Of a stretch of DNA of 64,000 nt, positions 21,099 through 32,067 are shown in pieces. Source of the stretch: Roseibacillus sp. (GTDB lineage Bacteria; Verrucomicrobiota; Verrucomicrobiia; Verrucomicrobiales; Akkermansiaceae). Positions within the stretch are counted from its first letter, which is position 1. Each line of letters begins with the position of its first letter. Location: positions 96,001 to 160,000 of the forward strand of contig CBDEUM010000034.1 of the NCBI GenBank assembly GCA_965242925.1. Direction: 5' to 3'. Under the pieces are notes generated by a model. It ran no database searches, was not told the DNA's origin, and saw only the letters and a program-made list of their open reading frames with translations. Position numbers and translations under genes: made by a program.

Positions 21099-22016
21099 CT
21101 ACCTGTTAACCAGAGCGGCTAACCATTCCTTGCACAACAAACCGAGATGATTGAGTGAGCCCGAGTGAGGAATGAGGGACAAGTCCCTCCAATCCCATGG
21201 TCCCAGGCTGGAATCAGCTGGCAGGGGCTCGAGGCGCAGTTCTGCACTTGAAGCCAAGCGCATGGCTCGACGCATGTGCCATGTGGAAGTGATCAGTCCG
21301 ATCTTCTTCCACCCTCGCAATTCAGCAACCTCGGCGATTGAAGCCATTTCTTCCTTGGTATTGCGTCCCCGAAGTAAAACGATATCCCGTTCAGGAACAC
21401 CGACTTCAGTGAATATCGTGAGGGTTTGGCGTCTTGGGTCGTGGATTTCCTCTTTCCATTCGTCCGTCCGGATACCGGAGCATCCGAGCAGTGGGGTTCG
21501 CCCGGTGTGGTAGAGACGGGAGGCCAACATGACGCGATCGCCACCGTCGTTTAAGACGGGGGTTTTGTTGTGATCCAGCGATGTTCCGCCACCCAGAACA
21601 ATGACGATGTCAAATGGGCCTTCTTCAAGAGGCTTGATCGACGCGTACGGTTTTTGCCACCAGCGCATTAAGGAGGCAGTCAGTTCTCCATTGCCACTGA
21701 TCATGAAAAGGAGCAGGCATGCCGACAGGCTTCTGGTCCAGAAACGGTCATGCTTGTGCCATGCGTAGCCCGTGAGCGTAAGCAGGCTGATCCAAATTAG
21801 CCCAAAAGGATTGGCAATACTGGTGACCGCGCGTTGCATGGATAGAAGACCCGGCCACAGCAGGATGCCCGCGAGAAGGAACGCCCCTCCCAGAACTGCG
21901 ACGGTGATCCACCGACGGGATCGGCAATGGTGGCGCTGCAACCACAGAGCAAAGGCGATGAAAGCGGCAATTAAGAAACAATTGAAACCCAGCACGGGGA
22001 AAATCCTTAATAGCAT
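21099..22016 (-). CDS. YdcF/ElyC-like (DUF218) membrane protein
   Basis: N-terminal TM helices; IVLGGG, NTKEE and ITSTWHMRRA motifs. Confidence 0.88.
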   Translation of the reverse strand: MLLRIFPVLGFNCFLIAAFIAFALWLQRHHCRSRRWITVAVLGGAFLLAGILLWPGLLSMQRAVTSIANPFGLIWISLLTLTGYAWHKHDRFWTRSLSACLLLFMISGNGELTASLMRWWQKPYASIKPLEEGPFDIVIVLGGGTSLDHNKTPVLNDGGDRVMLASRLYHTGRTPLLGCSGIRTDEWKEEIHDPRRQTLTIFTEVGVPERDIVLLRGRNTKEEMASIAEVAELRGWKKIGLITSTWHMRRAMRLASSAELRLEPLPADSSLGPWDWRDLSLIPHSGSLNHLGLLCKEWLAALVNR

Positions 22017-22070
22017 AAACCATTAATGCGAACTCAAACTGGAACAGTACACCAGATCGGCGCCACAGGA

Positions 22071-23033
22071 TTACTGGGCGGCGGGGATGATCTTCATCTT
22101 CTCTAGCCAAGCGAGTGACCCTCGTTGCCACGCATCCCACATTGGACCTTTGTAGCCGTTCAAACCATGACCGCCGGAGGGTAGTTCCAGGTATTCGGAA
22201 GGGACCTTGGAGATCTGCAGGGCAGCGTGAAAAAGACGGCTGTTTTCCGGAGCCACGAGCCGGTCATCCCTGGCATGCGCAAGGAAGCAGGGACATGTCC
22301 TGGAGGTGACCTGTGTCTCGTTGGAGTAGAGAGCAACCAATTCTGCACTCGGAGAAGCTCCCAGGAGATTGCGACGGGAACCCCCGTGCGTCTGTGCGCC
22401 CATGGTTATCACCGGGTAGACAAGGATCGCAAAATCGGGACGACAGCTTTGGCGGTCGATGGAAGAAGTGGCTGCCGGATCGCCGTCATCAAAGTGAGTA
22501 GCAACGGTGGATGCGAGATGGCCACCGGCAGAGAATCCTATGACCCCGAGCCGTTTGGGGTCACAGTGCCACTCCCTTACACCGCGGTCGCGCACGATAC
22601 GGAGGGCCCGTTGGGCGTCAAGAAGAGGGACGGATGAGCGCCCCCTCGGTAGTCGGTATTGCAGCACGATCCCGGTGATGCCGTGGGTGTTGAGCCACTT
22701 CGCGATCCCATGCCCTTCCGGGCCGATGACCACTCCGCCATAGCCCCCTCCGGGGCAGATGAGAGCAGCGACGCCATTGGGATGAACGGGTTGGTGAATG
22801 GTAATGGTGGCATTGGCCTGATCAAAGGTGCCATCCCCATCAGGAGCCTTCCGGGCCGGCCAGAGAGCCATGCTCAAAGGCTTTGAATTGTGTTGAATCA
22901 ATTGGCCTGTAAAGGCGGAGCCAGCGCCCGACTCCTCGGGGGTTCCAGCCTTGGAGATGCCTGGAAGTTCGTCCGCAGGAGAAATGCCGGCAAGCAGAAG
23001 AGCGAGGAACAGAGTGGGGATGAAGTGCTGCAT
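22071..23033 (-). CDS. Secreted alpha/beta hydrolase (carbohydrate esterase-like)
   Basis: CPGGGY oxyanion motif, GFSAGG nucleophile motif, DDRLV, GGHG. Confidence 0.9.
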   Translation of the reverse strand: MQHFIPTLFLALLLAGISPADELPGISKAGTPEESGAGSAFTGQLIQHNSKPLSMALWPARKAPDGDGTFDQANATITIHQPVHPNGVAALICPGGGYGGVVIGPEGHGIAKWLNTHGITGIVLQYRLPRGRSSVPLLDAQRALRIVRDRGVREWHCDPKRLGVIGFSAGGHLASTVATHFDDGDPAATSSIDRQSCRPDFAILVYPVITMGAQTHGGSRRNLLGASPSAELVALYSNETQVTSRTCPCFLAHARDDRLVAPENSRLFHAALQISKVPSEYLELPSGGHGLNGYKGPMWDAWQRGSLAWLEKMKIIPAAQ

Positions 23034-23101
23034 GGGATAGGAAGGAGTAATCTCAGAGAGGGCCGGGTGCAATCTCCTTGAGCCGATCATTGAACAGGAA
23101 A

Positions 23102-24406
23102 TTATTTGGCCTGTAGAACGCGTATCAGGAATATCTGCCGGGTTTCATTCCCAGCAAGGCCCGGCACCAGGATTGCGTCATTGCTGCGGTTCCAGCGGGG
23201 CGCAGGATCAATACGGATATCACCGCCGAAGGCACCCTTGTCCAACCCCTTGCTCCGGCCAAAGGCCCCGTCAGTTCTGCGGAAAACCGTGTAGTGGTTT
23301 TTGCTCCCCTTCTTGTAGCCATTGACAAACATTTCGCCATCAGGAGAGAGCGCGATATCGCCTTCCGGGTTTGGGAATAATACGGGTGAGCCCATTCTCC
23401 CCACGACCTTCTTCCGATCCACGTCATAGCGAACCTGATCCTTGCCCTTTCTGCCTATCAGGATATTGCCCAGATCCCATTCGGGATGACCGCCAATATG
23501 TGTTTGGTGCAAAGTTAAGCCGGAACCGTCGGTGTGGATGGAGCAGGGGATATTGATCTTGTTACCTTTCTTTCCGCTCCAGCCCCCGCGCACAAAGAAG
23601 TAGAGCCGTGTGCCCGTTCGGTTGAGCAGCGTGTGGTTGATGAACAGGCCGCTGTGATTCAATTTGGGATTTTGCTCCAGGAGCAGTTCATGGAGATCCT
23701 TATAGGAGACTAGCAGTTTTTTTTCACCGGTCTTGATATCCACCTTGAAGATCCCGTCATTGGCCGGCGCGATTTCCCCCTTTGACCAATCCAGGGCATC
23801 CGGGTAACCGGTCACCAGCCTGAGGCGAGCCAACCGCCCATAGTTGAGCCCCATGAAGAAGGCCCCATCAGCACTGACACCTCCATTGCCTATGGGGGTG
23901 TCCTCGTAGCGATATTCACGGAGGCGTTTTTTGTTCTTCAGGTCATACAGCACGGTAAAGACCCTGCCGGTTTCAGGGTCGCGGTCATTGAAGAAGAACT
24001 GCGATTCGGCCTCCTTGGGGTGCCAGTAAAACATGGTGCCCTGCTGGGGGTTCCAGCCGTGGGTTTTATCGAGCTCAATGACCCGGTTCTCCTGCCTTGT
24101 ATCAAGGACGCAAACCGTGGCCGCCTCACCGGGCTGGGGCATACGGTCGATCCGGTCAATCTGGAGGCAGAGAATATAGCGGCCGCCGGCGTTCCACGGG
24201 ATGGTCTGGCACTGGCCGATGTAACCGAAAAAATGGTGACGGGTGCCTGCAGTTAACTGCTCGACTTGCAGAGCCAGGGCGGGAGGCTGGTCCTCGACCC
24301 GGGCACCTTGCTCCTTGAAGAAGGAGATGAATTTCTGTTCGCCTGCTAACAAAGGCTTGCAGACAATGAGGAACAGGACAGTCCAAAACCAGGGAAAAAC
24401 CTTCAT
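23102..24406 (-). CDS. Secreted beta-propeller protein (TolB/oligogalacturonide lyase-like)
   Basis: Signal peptide from MKVFPWFW; HHFFGY, WNPQQG, GGHPEW and DPAPRW motifs. Confidence 0.7.
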   Translation of the reverse strand: MKVFPWFWTVLFLIVCKPLLAGEQKFISFFKEQGARVEDQPPALALQVEQLTAGTRHHFFGYIGQCQTIPWNAGGRYILCLQIDRIDRMPQPGEAATVCVLDTRQENRVIELDKTHGWNPQQGTMFYWHPKEAESQFFFNDRDPETGRVFTVLYDLKNKKRLREYRYEDTPIGNGGVSADGAFFMGLNYGRLARLRLVTGYPDALDWSKGEIAPANDGIFKVDIKTGEKKLLVSYKDLHELLLEQNPKLNHSGLFINHTLLNRTGTRLYFFVRGGWSGKKGNKINIPCSIHTDGSGLTLHQTHIGGHPEWDLGNILIGRKGKDQVRYDVDRKKVVGRMGSPVLFPNPEGDIALSPDGEMFVNGYKKGSKNHYTVFRRTDGAFGRSKGLDKGAFGGDIRIDPAPRWNRSNDAILVPGLAGNETRQIFLIRVLQAK

Positions 24407-24419
24407 GGCTTTGCTTCCT

Positions 24420-25703
24420 TCAGCTTTCCAGTCCACGAATGGCGGAGTTGGTGCTGCTGCCGAATTTTTCGATCTCCACTCCCATGCGCTGGGCCAGCGG
24501 GACGAAGAGGTTGGCGAAGGGGGTGTTGTTGTCCTTGTCATGGGCAACATGGCGGCCGTGTTTGTAGCCGCCGCCGGCAAGCAGGATGGGCAGGTTGCGC
24601 CAGCTGTGTGAAGAGGCGTTCCCGAGGTTGGAACCGAATAGGATGGCGGTGTGGTCCAGTAAATGCCCACCGGCCTCCCTGACGTCCTTGAGCTTGGTGA
24701 GGAATTCACTAAACACCTCGAATTCCGCAGCCTCAATTCTGGTCAATTCGGCAATCTTGGTTTCCTCTTTCCCGTGGTGGGAGAGCATGTGCCAGTCGGT
24801 GCGCACGCCGGGGATATTGTTAGGGACCGCATTCATGCTGCCGAGAGAGAAGGTGATTACACGGGTGGAATCAGTTTGGAACGCCAGCAGGATAAGGTCA
24901 TATAATAGGCGTTGCTTTGCGAGGATGTCGGTACGATCGGCGATCTCCCGGGGTTCTTTCTGGTCGACCGCGGGCTTGGGGTGCCTAGCCCACTGTTTAT
25001 TCTGGCGCAGGCGCACCTCAAGTTCGCGCACGGAGGTAAAGTATTCGGCGAGTTTCTCGCGGTCGCGCGCGCCAAGTGTGACATTAAGCGCCTTGGCATC
25101 ACCCCGCACCGTGTCGAGAATGCTGCGGCCGCGCTCAAGATTTTTCATCTCTTCAGCAACTTCTTTTTCAGTGCCATTTACAAACATCTGACGGAAGAGC
25201 TTTGCGGGATGACTTTGGGAGGGGATTCGTACGCCGTTGGCGGTCCAGGAAAGCGATTTGCTGTTAGTCCCAATGGAGAGTGAGGGAAACCGCGTAGCTG
25301 CTCCGATATGCCGAGCCATTAACTGATCGATTGAGATGGTGTTTTTAAACCCGGCCAATCCCGGGCGCGGCGCACTGGTAAGCCATGTGAGTTCGCTGTC
25401 GTGGCCGCTGGCACCGTTGGAACTCGGATGGGACAGACCTGAGAACACCGTAAAATCCTTCCGATGCTCCTCGAGTTTCTGCAAGTAGAGAGGAGCTTGG
25501 TAACCCGCTCCGGTTTCGGTTGGAATGAAGTTAGGTGCGTGAAAACCAAGCCCGGCATTCATCGCTACAAATCGCTTGGGCGCAGTAGGCCCCGCAGCAA
25601 AGGCGGGAGTCATTGCGCTTAGAAACGGTAGAGCCACGGTGGCACCGGAGCCCTTGAGGAAGGCGCGGCGTTTCAGTGAGTTTTTGGTGGCGATGTAGCT
25701 CAT
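24420..25703 (-). CDS. DUF1552 domain protein
   Basis: RRAFLKG...LPFL N-terminus; TISIDQ, AFQTDSTRV, WHMLSHH, NLPILLAGG. Confidence 0.92.
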   Translation of the reverse strand: MSYIATKNSLKRRAFLKGSGATVALPFLSAMTPAFAAGPTAPKRFVAMNAGLGFHAPNFIPTETGAGYQAPLYLQKLEEHRKDFTVFSGLSHPSSNGASGHDSELTWLTSAPRPGLAGFKNTISIDQLMARHIGAATRFPSLSIGTNSKSLSWTANGVRIPSQSHPAKLFRQMFVNGTEKEVAEEMKNLERGRSILDTVRGDAKALNVTLGARDREKLAEYFTSVRELEVRLRQNKQWARHPKPAVDQKEPREIADRTDILAKQRLLYDLILLAFQTDSTRVITFSLGSMNAVPNNIPGVRTDWHMLSHHGKEETKIAELTRIEAAEFEVFSEFLTKLKDVREAGGHLLDHTAILFGSNLGNASSHSWRNLPILLAGGGYKHGRHVAHDKDNNTPFANLFVPLAQRMGVEIEKFGSSTNSAIRGLES

Positions 25704-25704
25704 G

Positions 25705-28155
25705 TTACTTGTTCAGGAAAATATTGGATTGAATAATACGGTGAAAGAGGTCGCGAAGGCGATGTTTGTTTCGGGCGGTATCGGTGACGATGCGATCGAG
25801 CTCGGCGCGATCTGAGAATCCCAGTTCGCGGCCAGTGGCAAAGGTGAGCAGCTTGCCGGCAAAGGCACGGGCGAGTCGGTCATCGTGCTTGGCGAGGTAA
25901 TCGCGGTAGGCGCGGAAATCACGATAGCTGCTGCCATCGAGAAACTTGCCGGAGCTATCCACTGCAGGCCCGAGGCGGTACACTACCTTCCGGCCGCGGA
26001 CGACGGCGTTTACCTTATCGCTGTCCTTACTGCGGTTGCGGAAGTGATCGCGGTGCAGGCCGATTACGTCGAAACTCTCCAGTGCGAACCCAAGGGGATC
26101 AATGTGGTCATGGCAGGAGGCGCAGCTGGCGACATTACGGTGTTTATCTAATAGCTCTCGCAGGGTGGCAGCACCACGGATGTCGGGCTCCACCCCGGGT
26201 ATATTCGGCGGCGGTGGGGTGGGGGTGATGCCGAGGATACGCTCCATGACATAGACCCCACGTACTACGGGTGAGGTGGCCGAGCCGTTGGCCGAGACTT
26301 TCATCACGCTGCCCTGACCGAGGAAGCCGCCGCGCCAACTATTCGCAGGTAATGCCACCTTTCGAAATTGTGAACCGACTACTCCATCGATGCCATAGTG
26401 TTCAGCCAAGCGATCATTGATCATGGCAAAATCGGTCTTCACGATGGCAGACGCGGGATGATTGCCGGCGATTAACTCGTGCAAAAATGCCTCCGTTTCG
26501 CGTGGCATTGAAAAGCGCAAGTAAGGCTCGTATTCCGGATACAGCGTGCGGTCGGGTATGGTGAAATCCATGTCGCGTAGATTCAGCCAGGCCTCGGTGA
26601 AATCGGTGATGAATCGCTCGAAGCGTTTGTCTTTGAGCAACCGCTCGGTTTGCGCGCGGAGATTGGCGCGCAGTTTTCCGGCACGGGCAAGGCTCAGCAA
26701 CCCAGCATCCGGTGCAGTGCGTGTGAGAAAATAGGAGAGCCGACTGGCGAGTGCGTAGTCATCCAGTGCTCCGGCCGGTTCACGTAAGTAAAGGAAATGC
26801 GGTGAACTCAACACTGCGACGGCTGCCGTGCGCAGTGCGGGCTCAAACGTCTCGCTTCTGGCGCGTTCGGCTTGAAAGAGCTTCACGTAGGGGGCTACCT
26901 CCTGTGGACCCACCGGGCGGCGAAAGGCGGCATTCACCAAGCGGCTGAGCGCTTGTTCGGCATCGGCCTTTTCATTGGCTGATTTGATTTCGAACTGCGG
27001 TTTGTACTTCGACTTATTCCGTTCATTCGGGTTGCGAGGCGGAATCTCCACGCGATTGATGCCCTCCAAGATCAGTTTGTGGCCCGCGGATGGGAATTCA
27101 CCCACCAAGGGCCCCTCAACTTCCACCGAGTGAATCGCTAATCCCGGGCCCTTGTACTCTTTTGCGTGAATTTTCTTCGGGCGTCTCCTGCCTAGGTCCG
27201 AGTCCGAAATGCCGTAGGGCTCGACTTGGATCATGTATCCGTCTCCCATGAAGGCCGTCAGTTCTACGACATGCGTCTTGCCGGGAGCGCCGGGTGGAAA
27301 GGAAAAGTATCCGAAGATAGGATTTTCGACTCCTCTCTTGAAGGTTTTCGCGCCCACGGAAAATGTGATCGGGGTCTCAGACTGGTAGGCGAAGCCGCGC
27401 ACCCTGACCCGGTAGAATCCCTCACCACGCGTGTTCGCCGTTCGAATCATGCCTGTTGGGTACCCATACGGCGAAAATCGCACCACCGAGCCGTCCTGTA
27501 GCTTCAGCCGGTTGTCGCCCAAGTAGCGGTCCAGTTTTTCGTCGTCCGTGTACCGCCCTACGCGTTTCTGCGGTTTGGGAGCATCGGTGAACTTGGCGAT
27601 CGCCGTGTCCAGGACAGCTCCGGCGGCTTTGAGGTACATCTGCATGTGCTGCATCGAAACGCCCAGCGCGTGCCCGATGTTATCAAACTCATGTGATCGT
27701 CCGTCCTCCGGAAGCATATCTTTCAGTTCCAGGGACGTGCCGAACATGTCATTCATCGTGTTCTCATATTCACGCCGATTGAGCCGCCGAAGTATTGTTC
27801 CCTTCTCATGTGCATGCTGGGTGAGCAGGGCCTGGCCAAGGTTTTTGCGGATCAGGGAGATTTCTGCAGGAGTTGGCCGGTGCTTTACCTTGGCCGGTGG
27901 CATCTCGCCCTTGTCCACCCGGTCAAAGATCTGCTCCCATTTGGCAAAAGTTGCATCTTCACCCAGTTCGTGTCCCAGTTTTTCCAGATCCAGACCGCCC
28001 TTGGCGGCACCCTCCCCATGACACTCATAACAGTGCGTGGTTAGCACCGGTTGCAGCTTTAAGGCGAAAGAGTCATCGGTCTTCCCGGCGGATGCCGGTT
28101 GCCCTGCGCACCACAAGCCCACCACTGCCGTGATCATGAGAATGAGGCGCTGCAT
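25705..28155 (-). CDS. DUF1592/DUF1588-type cytochrome c protein
   Basis: CYECH and CASCH heme motifs; RRLNRREYENT, LASRLSYFL, TSPVVRG, IDPLGFALE. Confidence 0.92.
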   Translation of the reverse strand: MQRLILMITAVVGLWCAGQPASAGKTDDSFALKLQPVLTTHCYECHGEGAAKGGLDLEKLGHELGEDATFAKWEQIFDRVDKGEMPPAKVKHRPTPAEISLIRKNLGQALLTQHAHEKGTILRRLNRREYENTMNDMFGTSLELKDMLPEDGRSHEFDNIGHALGVSMQHMQMYLKAAGAVLDTAIAKFTDAPKPQKRVGRYTDDEKLDRYLGDNRLKLQDGSVVRFSPYGYPTGMIRTANTRGEGFYRVRVRGFAYQSETPITFSVGAKTFKRGVENPIFGYFSFPPGAPGKTHVVELTAFMGDGYMIQVEPYGISDSDLGRRRPKKIHAKEYKGPGLAIHSVEVEGPLVGEFPSAGHKLILEGINRVEIPPRNPNERNKSKYKPQFEIKSANEKADAEQALSRLVNAAFRRPVGPQEVAPYVKLFQAERARSETFEPALRTAAVAVLSSPHFLYLREPAGALDDYALASRLSYFLTRTAPDAGLLSLARAGKLRANLRAQTERLLKDKRFERFITDFTEAWLNLRDMDFTIPDRTLYPEYEPYLRFSMPRETEAFLHELIAGNHPASAIVKTDFAMINDRLAEHYGIDGVVGSQFRKVALPANSWRGGFLGQGSVMKVSANGSATSPVVRGVYVMERILGITPTPPPPNIPGVEPDIRGAATLRELLDKHRNVASCASCHDHIDPLGFALESFDVIGLHRDHFRNRSKDSDKVNAVVRGRKVVYRLGPAVDSSGKFLDGSSYRDFRAYRDYLAKHDDRLARAFAGKLLTFATGRELGFSDRAELDRIVTDTARNKHRLRDLFHRIIQSNIFLNK

Positions 28156-28332
28156 ATTGTAAAGATAGTGACGTCCCCATCGGTGTGCAAATCGGAACTT
28201 CCTTTCGGTGAGCGAGTCAATCACTTCAAAAGCATTATGATAATGAGGATTTCTCATTGCCTGCCTTGTCGGGGATCATCGCTGCTGTTTGACAATCCCG
28301 CGGTTCGGCGATGAGATGGCTTGGTTGCCTAG

Positions 28333-29936
28333 ATGAAGCTGCACACATTCCTGTTTTTTTGCCTGACAGTGAGCCTTGAGGCGGCGAGCAGGCCGAACAT
28401 TGTCTTCATCCTCGCCGATGACCTCGGTATTGGGGATGTGAAATGCTACGGCGGTGAACGGAGCTTGATCGAGACGCCCAATATCGATCGGTTGGCGCGC
28501 GAGGGATTGCGTTTTACAGATGCGCATGTGCAGGCCTCGGTGTGCGTGCCTACCCGTGTCGCCATCATGACCGGGCGGTATCCCTGGCGCTTTGGCCCTC
28601 CGCAACGTGGCGGGCCGTGGGGTTTTCTGGGGCCGCGTTTTGACACGGATACCTTTACCCTGGGCAAATTGTTTCGCGCGGCGGAGTATCGTACGGGCTA
28701 CGTGGGGAAATGGCATCTCGGCACCAGGATGGTGACCAAGGATGGCAAGGAGCAGGGGCCTTCGAACGTAAATTACAGCAAGCCCATCACAGTGGGACCC
28801 TTGCAACATGGCTTTGATAAGAGCTTCATTCTTCCGGGCTCACTGGATATGTATCCCTATGCCTATGTGCGCAATAATGTCTGGCAGGGGGATGTGAGCG
28901 CGCAAAAGGGGTGGAGTGCCTTTAATCGCGTGGGGCCGGCGGAAAAGGATTTTGAGGATCACGAGGTGATCGAGACCTTGTATGGGGAGGCGGAAAACTT
29001 TATTGGCAACCAATCGGTCAACCAGCCGTTTTTTTTGTTCCTCGCACTCACGGCTCCCCATACGCCGACCAGTCCTGGCAAGGCTTGGCTCGGCAAGAGC
29101 AACCTTGGGGTCTATGGCGATTTCGTGATGGAGGTGGACAGTGCCGTGACACGCGTTCGTGCGGCCCTGGCAAGACCGCAACTGACGGACAACACGCTGA
29201 TCTTGTTTGCCTCGGATCATGGTGCTGCCCCGTATGCTGGAAATATCCTCAAGGCTACGCCGAATCAGCTGCGCCTGCTGGAAAAGAAAGGGCATTACAG
29301 CAGCGGAGCGTATCGTGGCTATAAGTTCAGCGTTTATGAGGGCGGGTTGCGTGTGCCACTGATTGCCCATTGGCCAGGAGTGAGATCGGCGCCGGCGGCA
29401 CGAATGACTCCCTTGTGGGGCTGTGTGATCTGATGGCGACCTTTGCCGACCTGGCCGGGATTGACCTTGATTTAGAGCAGGCACCGGACTCGGTCAGCTT
29501 CGCAAGGCTCTTAACTGATTCGGGGGCAAAAGGTGCGCGACAGAACCTGATCATGCAGTCGATTGGCCCATTCGTGGTGCGTGACGGGGACTGGAAACTC
29601 TGCCTGTGTCCAGGCAGTGGTTCGCACCTTGAGCATGGCAATACTCCGAGGAGGGATGATGCTTGGCGTAAAAGTCTCAAGAAATTCGGCAAAGTGCCAA
29701 CATGGAAGGATCTTTCCAGGGCACCATTTGTGCAACTCTTCAATCTGGCTGATGATCCCCATGAGGACCGTAACCTTGCTGCTCAGGAGTCAAAGCGTGT
29801 GGATCAAATGGTTGCCTTGCTGCGTCAGCAGGTCTCCTCAGGGCGCAGCACGCCAGGACCGGGTATCAACCCCGAACGTTCGCGCATAAACATCAACCAG
29901 CGTTTGCCGGATTTTGTGCGTAAGCTGTTGAAGTAG
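28333..29936 (+). CDS. Arylsulfatase, frameshifted at ~29378-29385
   Basis: PNIVFILADD, CVPTR, GKWHLG and YEGGLRVP in ORF 28333..29433. The C-terminal part (LCDLMATFADL, QLFNLADDP) is in another frame, 29370..29936. Confidence 0.88.
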
Positions 29937-29967
29937 ATTATCCCAGGTGCGAGGATGTGATTACTGC

Positions 29968-32067
29968 ATGATGAAGCGGCAGATATTACTCCATGGGATC
30001 CTTGCACTGGTTGGCTGGCATCCGCTGGCCGCGAAGCCAGCTGATGACAAGGTTTTTGCCGGGCTGATTCAACCGGTGTTTCAGCAAAGCTGTGTCAAGT
30101 GCCATGGCCGGGACGGGAAGGTGAAGGGCAAGGTGAACCTGCTCAAGATTGCAGGGGTCGCGGACCTGGTCTCCGACCTTGAGCGTCTCGAGACGATTAT
30201 TGACGCGCTTGATGAGCATGAGATGCCACCGGAGAAGGAACCGGAACTCAAGCCCGGGGTGCGCGATCAACTGGTACTGGAACTGCGCAAGCTCCTTCAC
30301 GCCGGGGCGAAGGCGGGGAAGGGCTACGCGCCCACGCCCATCCGCAGGATGAACCGTTTCCAGTATAACAATGCGGTCATGGACCTGCTGAAGCTGAAGG
30401 TCGTGGTCTTTCCCCTCCCGGAGAAGATGATGCGCGACCGCTCCGGTTATTTCCGTCCGGAAACCGGCAAGATGCCCGATCAGCTGGTGGTCAGCAGCCG
30501 CCAGCTTGGCAAATCCGCCCTCATTGAGCCCCGCCTGGCGGGAGTGGGACCCTTTCCGCAGGACCTGCGCGCTGAGCACGGCTTTGATAACCGCGCCGAT
30601 CACCTGACACTCTCGCCCATGCTGATGGAGGCCTTCTTCAAGCTCAGCCGGCGCATTGTACAGAGTCCGAACTTCGACAAGCGGACGGTGGGGATCTGGC
30701 AGGAGTTTTTTGTTCCTCCCGGAAGGAACGCGGAGCTGGAGAACGAGGTGCGGAAGCGACTGCGGGTTTTCCTGGGCCGGGCCTTCCGTCAGCCGGTGGA
30801 GAAGGACCTGCTGGAGAGCTACGTCGGGCACGTGATGGGACAACTCAAGTCGGGCAAGGCATTTCCCGAGGCAATGAAGGAAGCGGTCTCGGCGGTGCTG
30901 GCCTCACCACAGTTCCTCTATCTCTACGATAAGCCTTCCGCAGGTGGTGAAGTCGAGTTGCTGGACGGTTACGGGCTGGCCTCCCGCCTGTCGTTCTTCC
31001 TGTGGGGAAGTATTCCGGATGACAAGCTCCTGGAACTGGCGGCCAGTGGCAAACTGGTGGAGCCGGAGGTGCTGGCGGGGCAGGTCAAGCGGATGCTGCT
31101 CGACCGGAAGCTCAAGCGCTTCTGCGACAGCTTCCCGGCCCAGTGGCTACAGCTGGAACGCATCATTTCATCGTTGCCGGATGAAACGATCTACCGGGAT
31201 TTCTATTACTCGCCTCCCAATTACCGGACCAGCATGGACATGATGATGGAGCCGCTCCTGTTGTTTGAGACGGTGTTGATCGAGAACCGCTCCATCCTTG
31301 AGTTCATCGACGCGGACTACACCTACCGGACGCCCCGCCTGCGCAAGTGGCACGGGGAACCGACCAAGGAGAGGCTTGGCGGGCCGGTGACCCTGAACTT
31401 CAAGCGTCAACCGGTGTCCGATAAGCGGCACGGGGGCGTGATCACCAACGCGGCGGTGATGACGATGACCTCCGGTCCGGACGAGACCCAGCCCATCACG
31501 CGCGGGGCCTGGATCGCGGGGGTGATCTTCAATGACCCGCCCGATCCTCCGCCCGCGGACGTGCCCCCCCTGGGCCGGAAGGAGGAGGGAGGGGAGGACC
31601 TGACCATGCGTGAGCGCTTTGCAGCCCATCGCGAGCGTGCTGATTGTGCGGGCTGCCATGCGCAGCTTGATCCCCTTGGGTTTGCCTTTGAGAATTTCGA
31701 TCCCGTCGGGCGCTGGCGGGAGAAATATGAAAACGGCCGGGAGGTCGATGCCTCAGGGACCCTTTTCCGCAAGCACAGGTTCGGCAACGTGGTGGAGTTC
31801 AAGCAGGCGATCCTGGAAGAGAAGGACAGGTTCACCCGGGCTTTTGCCGAGCACCTGCTTTCCTTTGCCCTCGGGCGTGAGATTACCCCCGCGGACTCGC
31901 CCGCTCTCGACGACATGGTTACGCAGACGATTTCGGCTAATTACAGTATCAGGACCCTGATCGAGGGGGTGACGCAGAGTGCCCCGTTCGTGAGCCGGGC
32001 GAATGCGATTTCGCGAAAAACGTCCTCATCCAGCGAACCAAATCCTGCTATAACGGAAAAACAGTGA
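29968..32067 (+). CDS. DUF1592/DUF1588-type cytochrome c protein
   Basis: CVKCH and CAGCH; RRMNRFQYNN, LASRLSFFLW, PITRGAW, LDPLGFAFE. Confidence 0.92.
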   Translation: MMKRQILLHGILALVGWHPLAAKPADDKVFAGLIQPVFQQSCVKCHGRDGKVKGKVNLLKIAGVADLVSDLERLETIIDALDEHEMPPEKEPELKPGVRDQLVLELRKLLHAGAKAGKGYAPTPIRRMNRFQYNNAVMDLLKLKVVVFPLPEKMMRDRSGYFRPETGKMPDQLVVSSRQLGKSALIEPRLAGVGPFPQDLRAEHGFDNRADHLTLSPMLMEAFFKLSRRIVQSPNFDKRTVGIWQEFFVPPGRNAELENEVRKRLRVFLGRAFRQPVEKDLLESYVGHVMGQLKSGKAFPEAMKEAVSAVLASPQFLYLYDKPSAGGEVELLDGYGLASRLSFFLWGSIPDDKLLELAASGKLVEPEVLAGQVKRMLLDRKLKRFCDSFPAQWLQLERIISSLPDETIYRDFYYSPPNYRTSMDMMMEPLLLFETVLIENRSILEFIDADYTYRTPRLRKWHGEPTKERLGGPVTLNFKRQPVSDKRHGGVITNAAVMTMTSGPDETQPITRGAWIAGVIFNDPPDPPPADVPPLGRKEEGGEDLTMRERFAAHRERADCAGCHAQLDPLGFAFENFDPVGRWREKYENGREVDASGTLFRKHRFGNVVEFKQAILEEKDRFTRAFAEHLLSFALGREITPADSPALDDMVTQTISANYSIRTLIEGVTQSAPFVSRANAISRKTSSSSEPNPAITEKQ

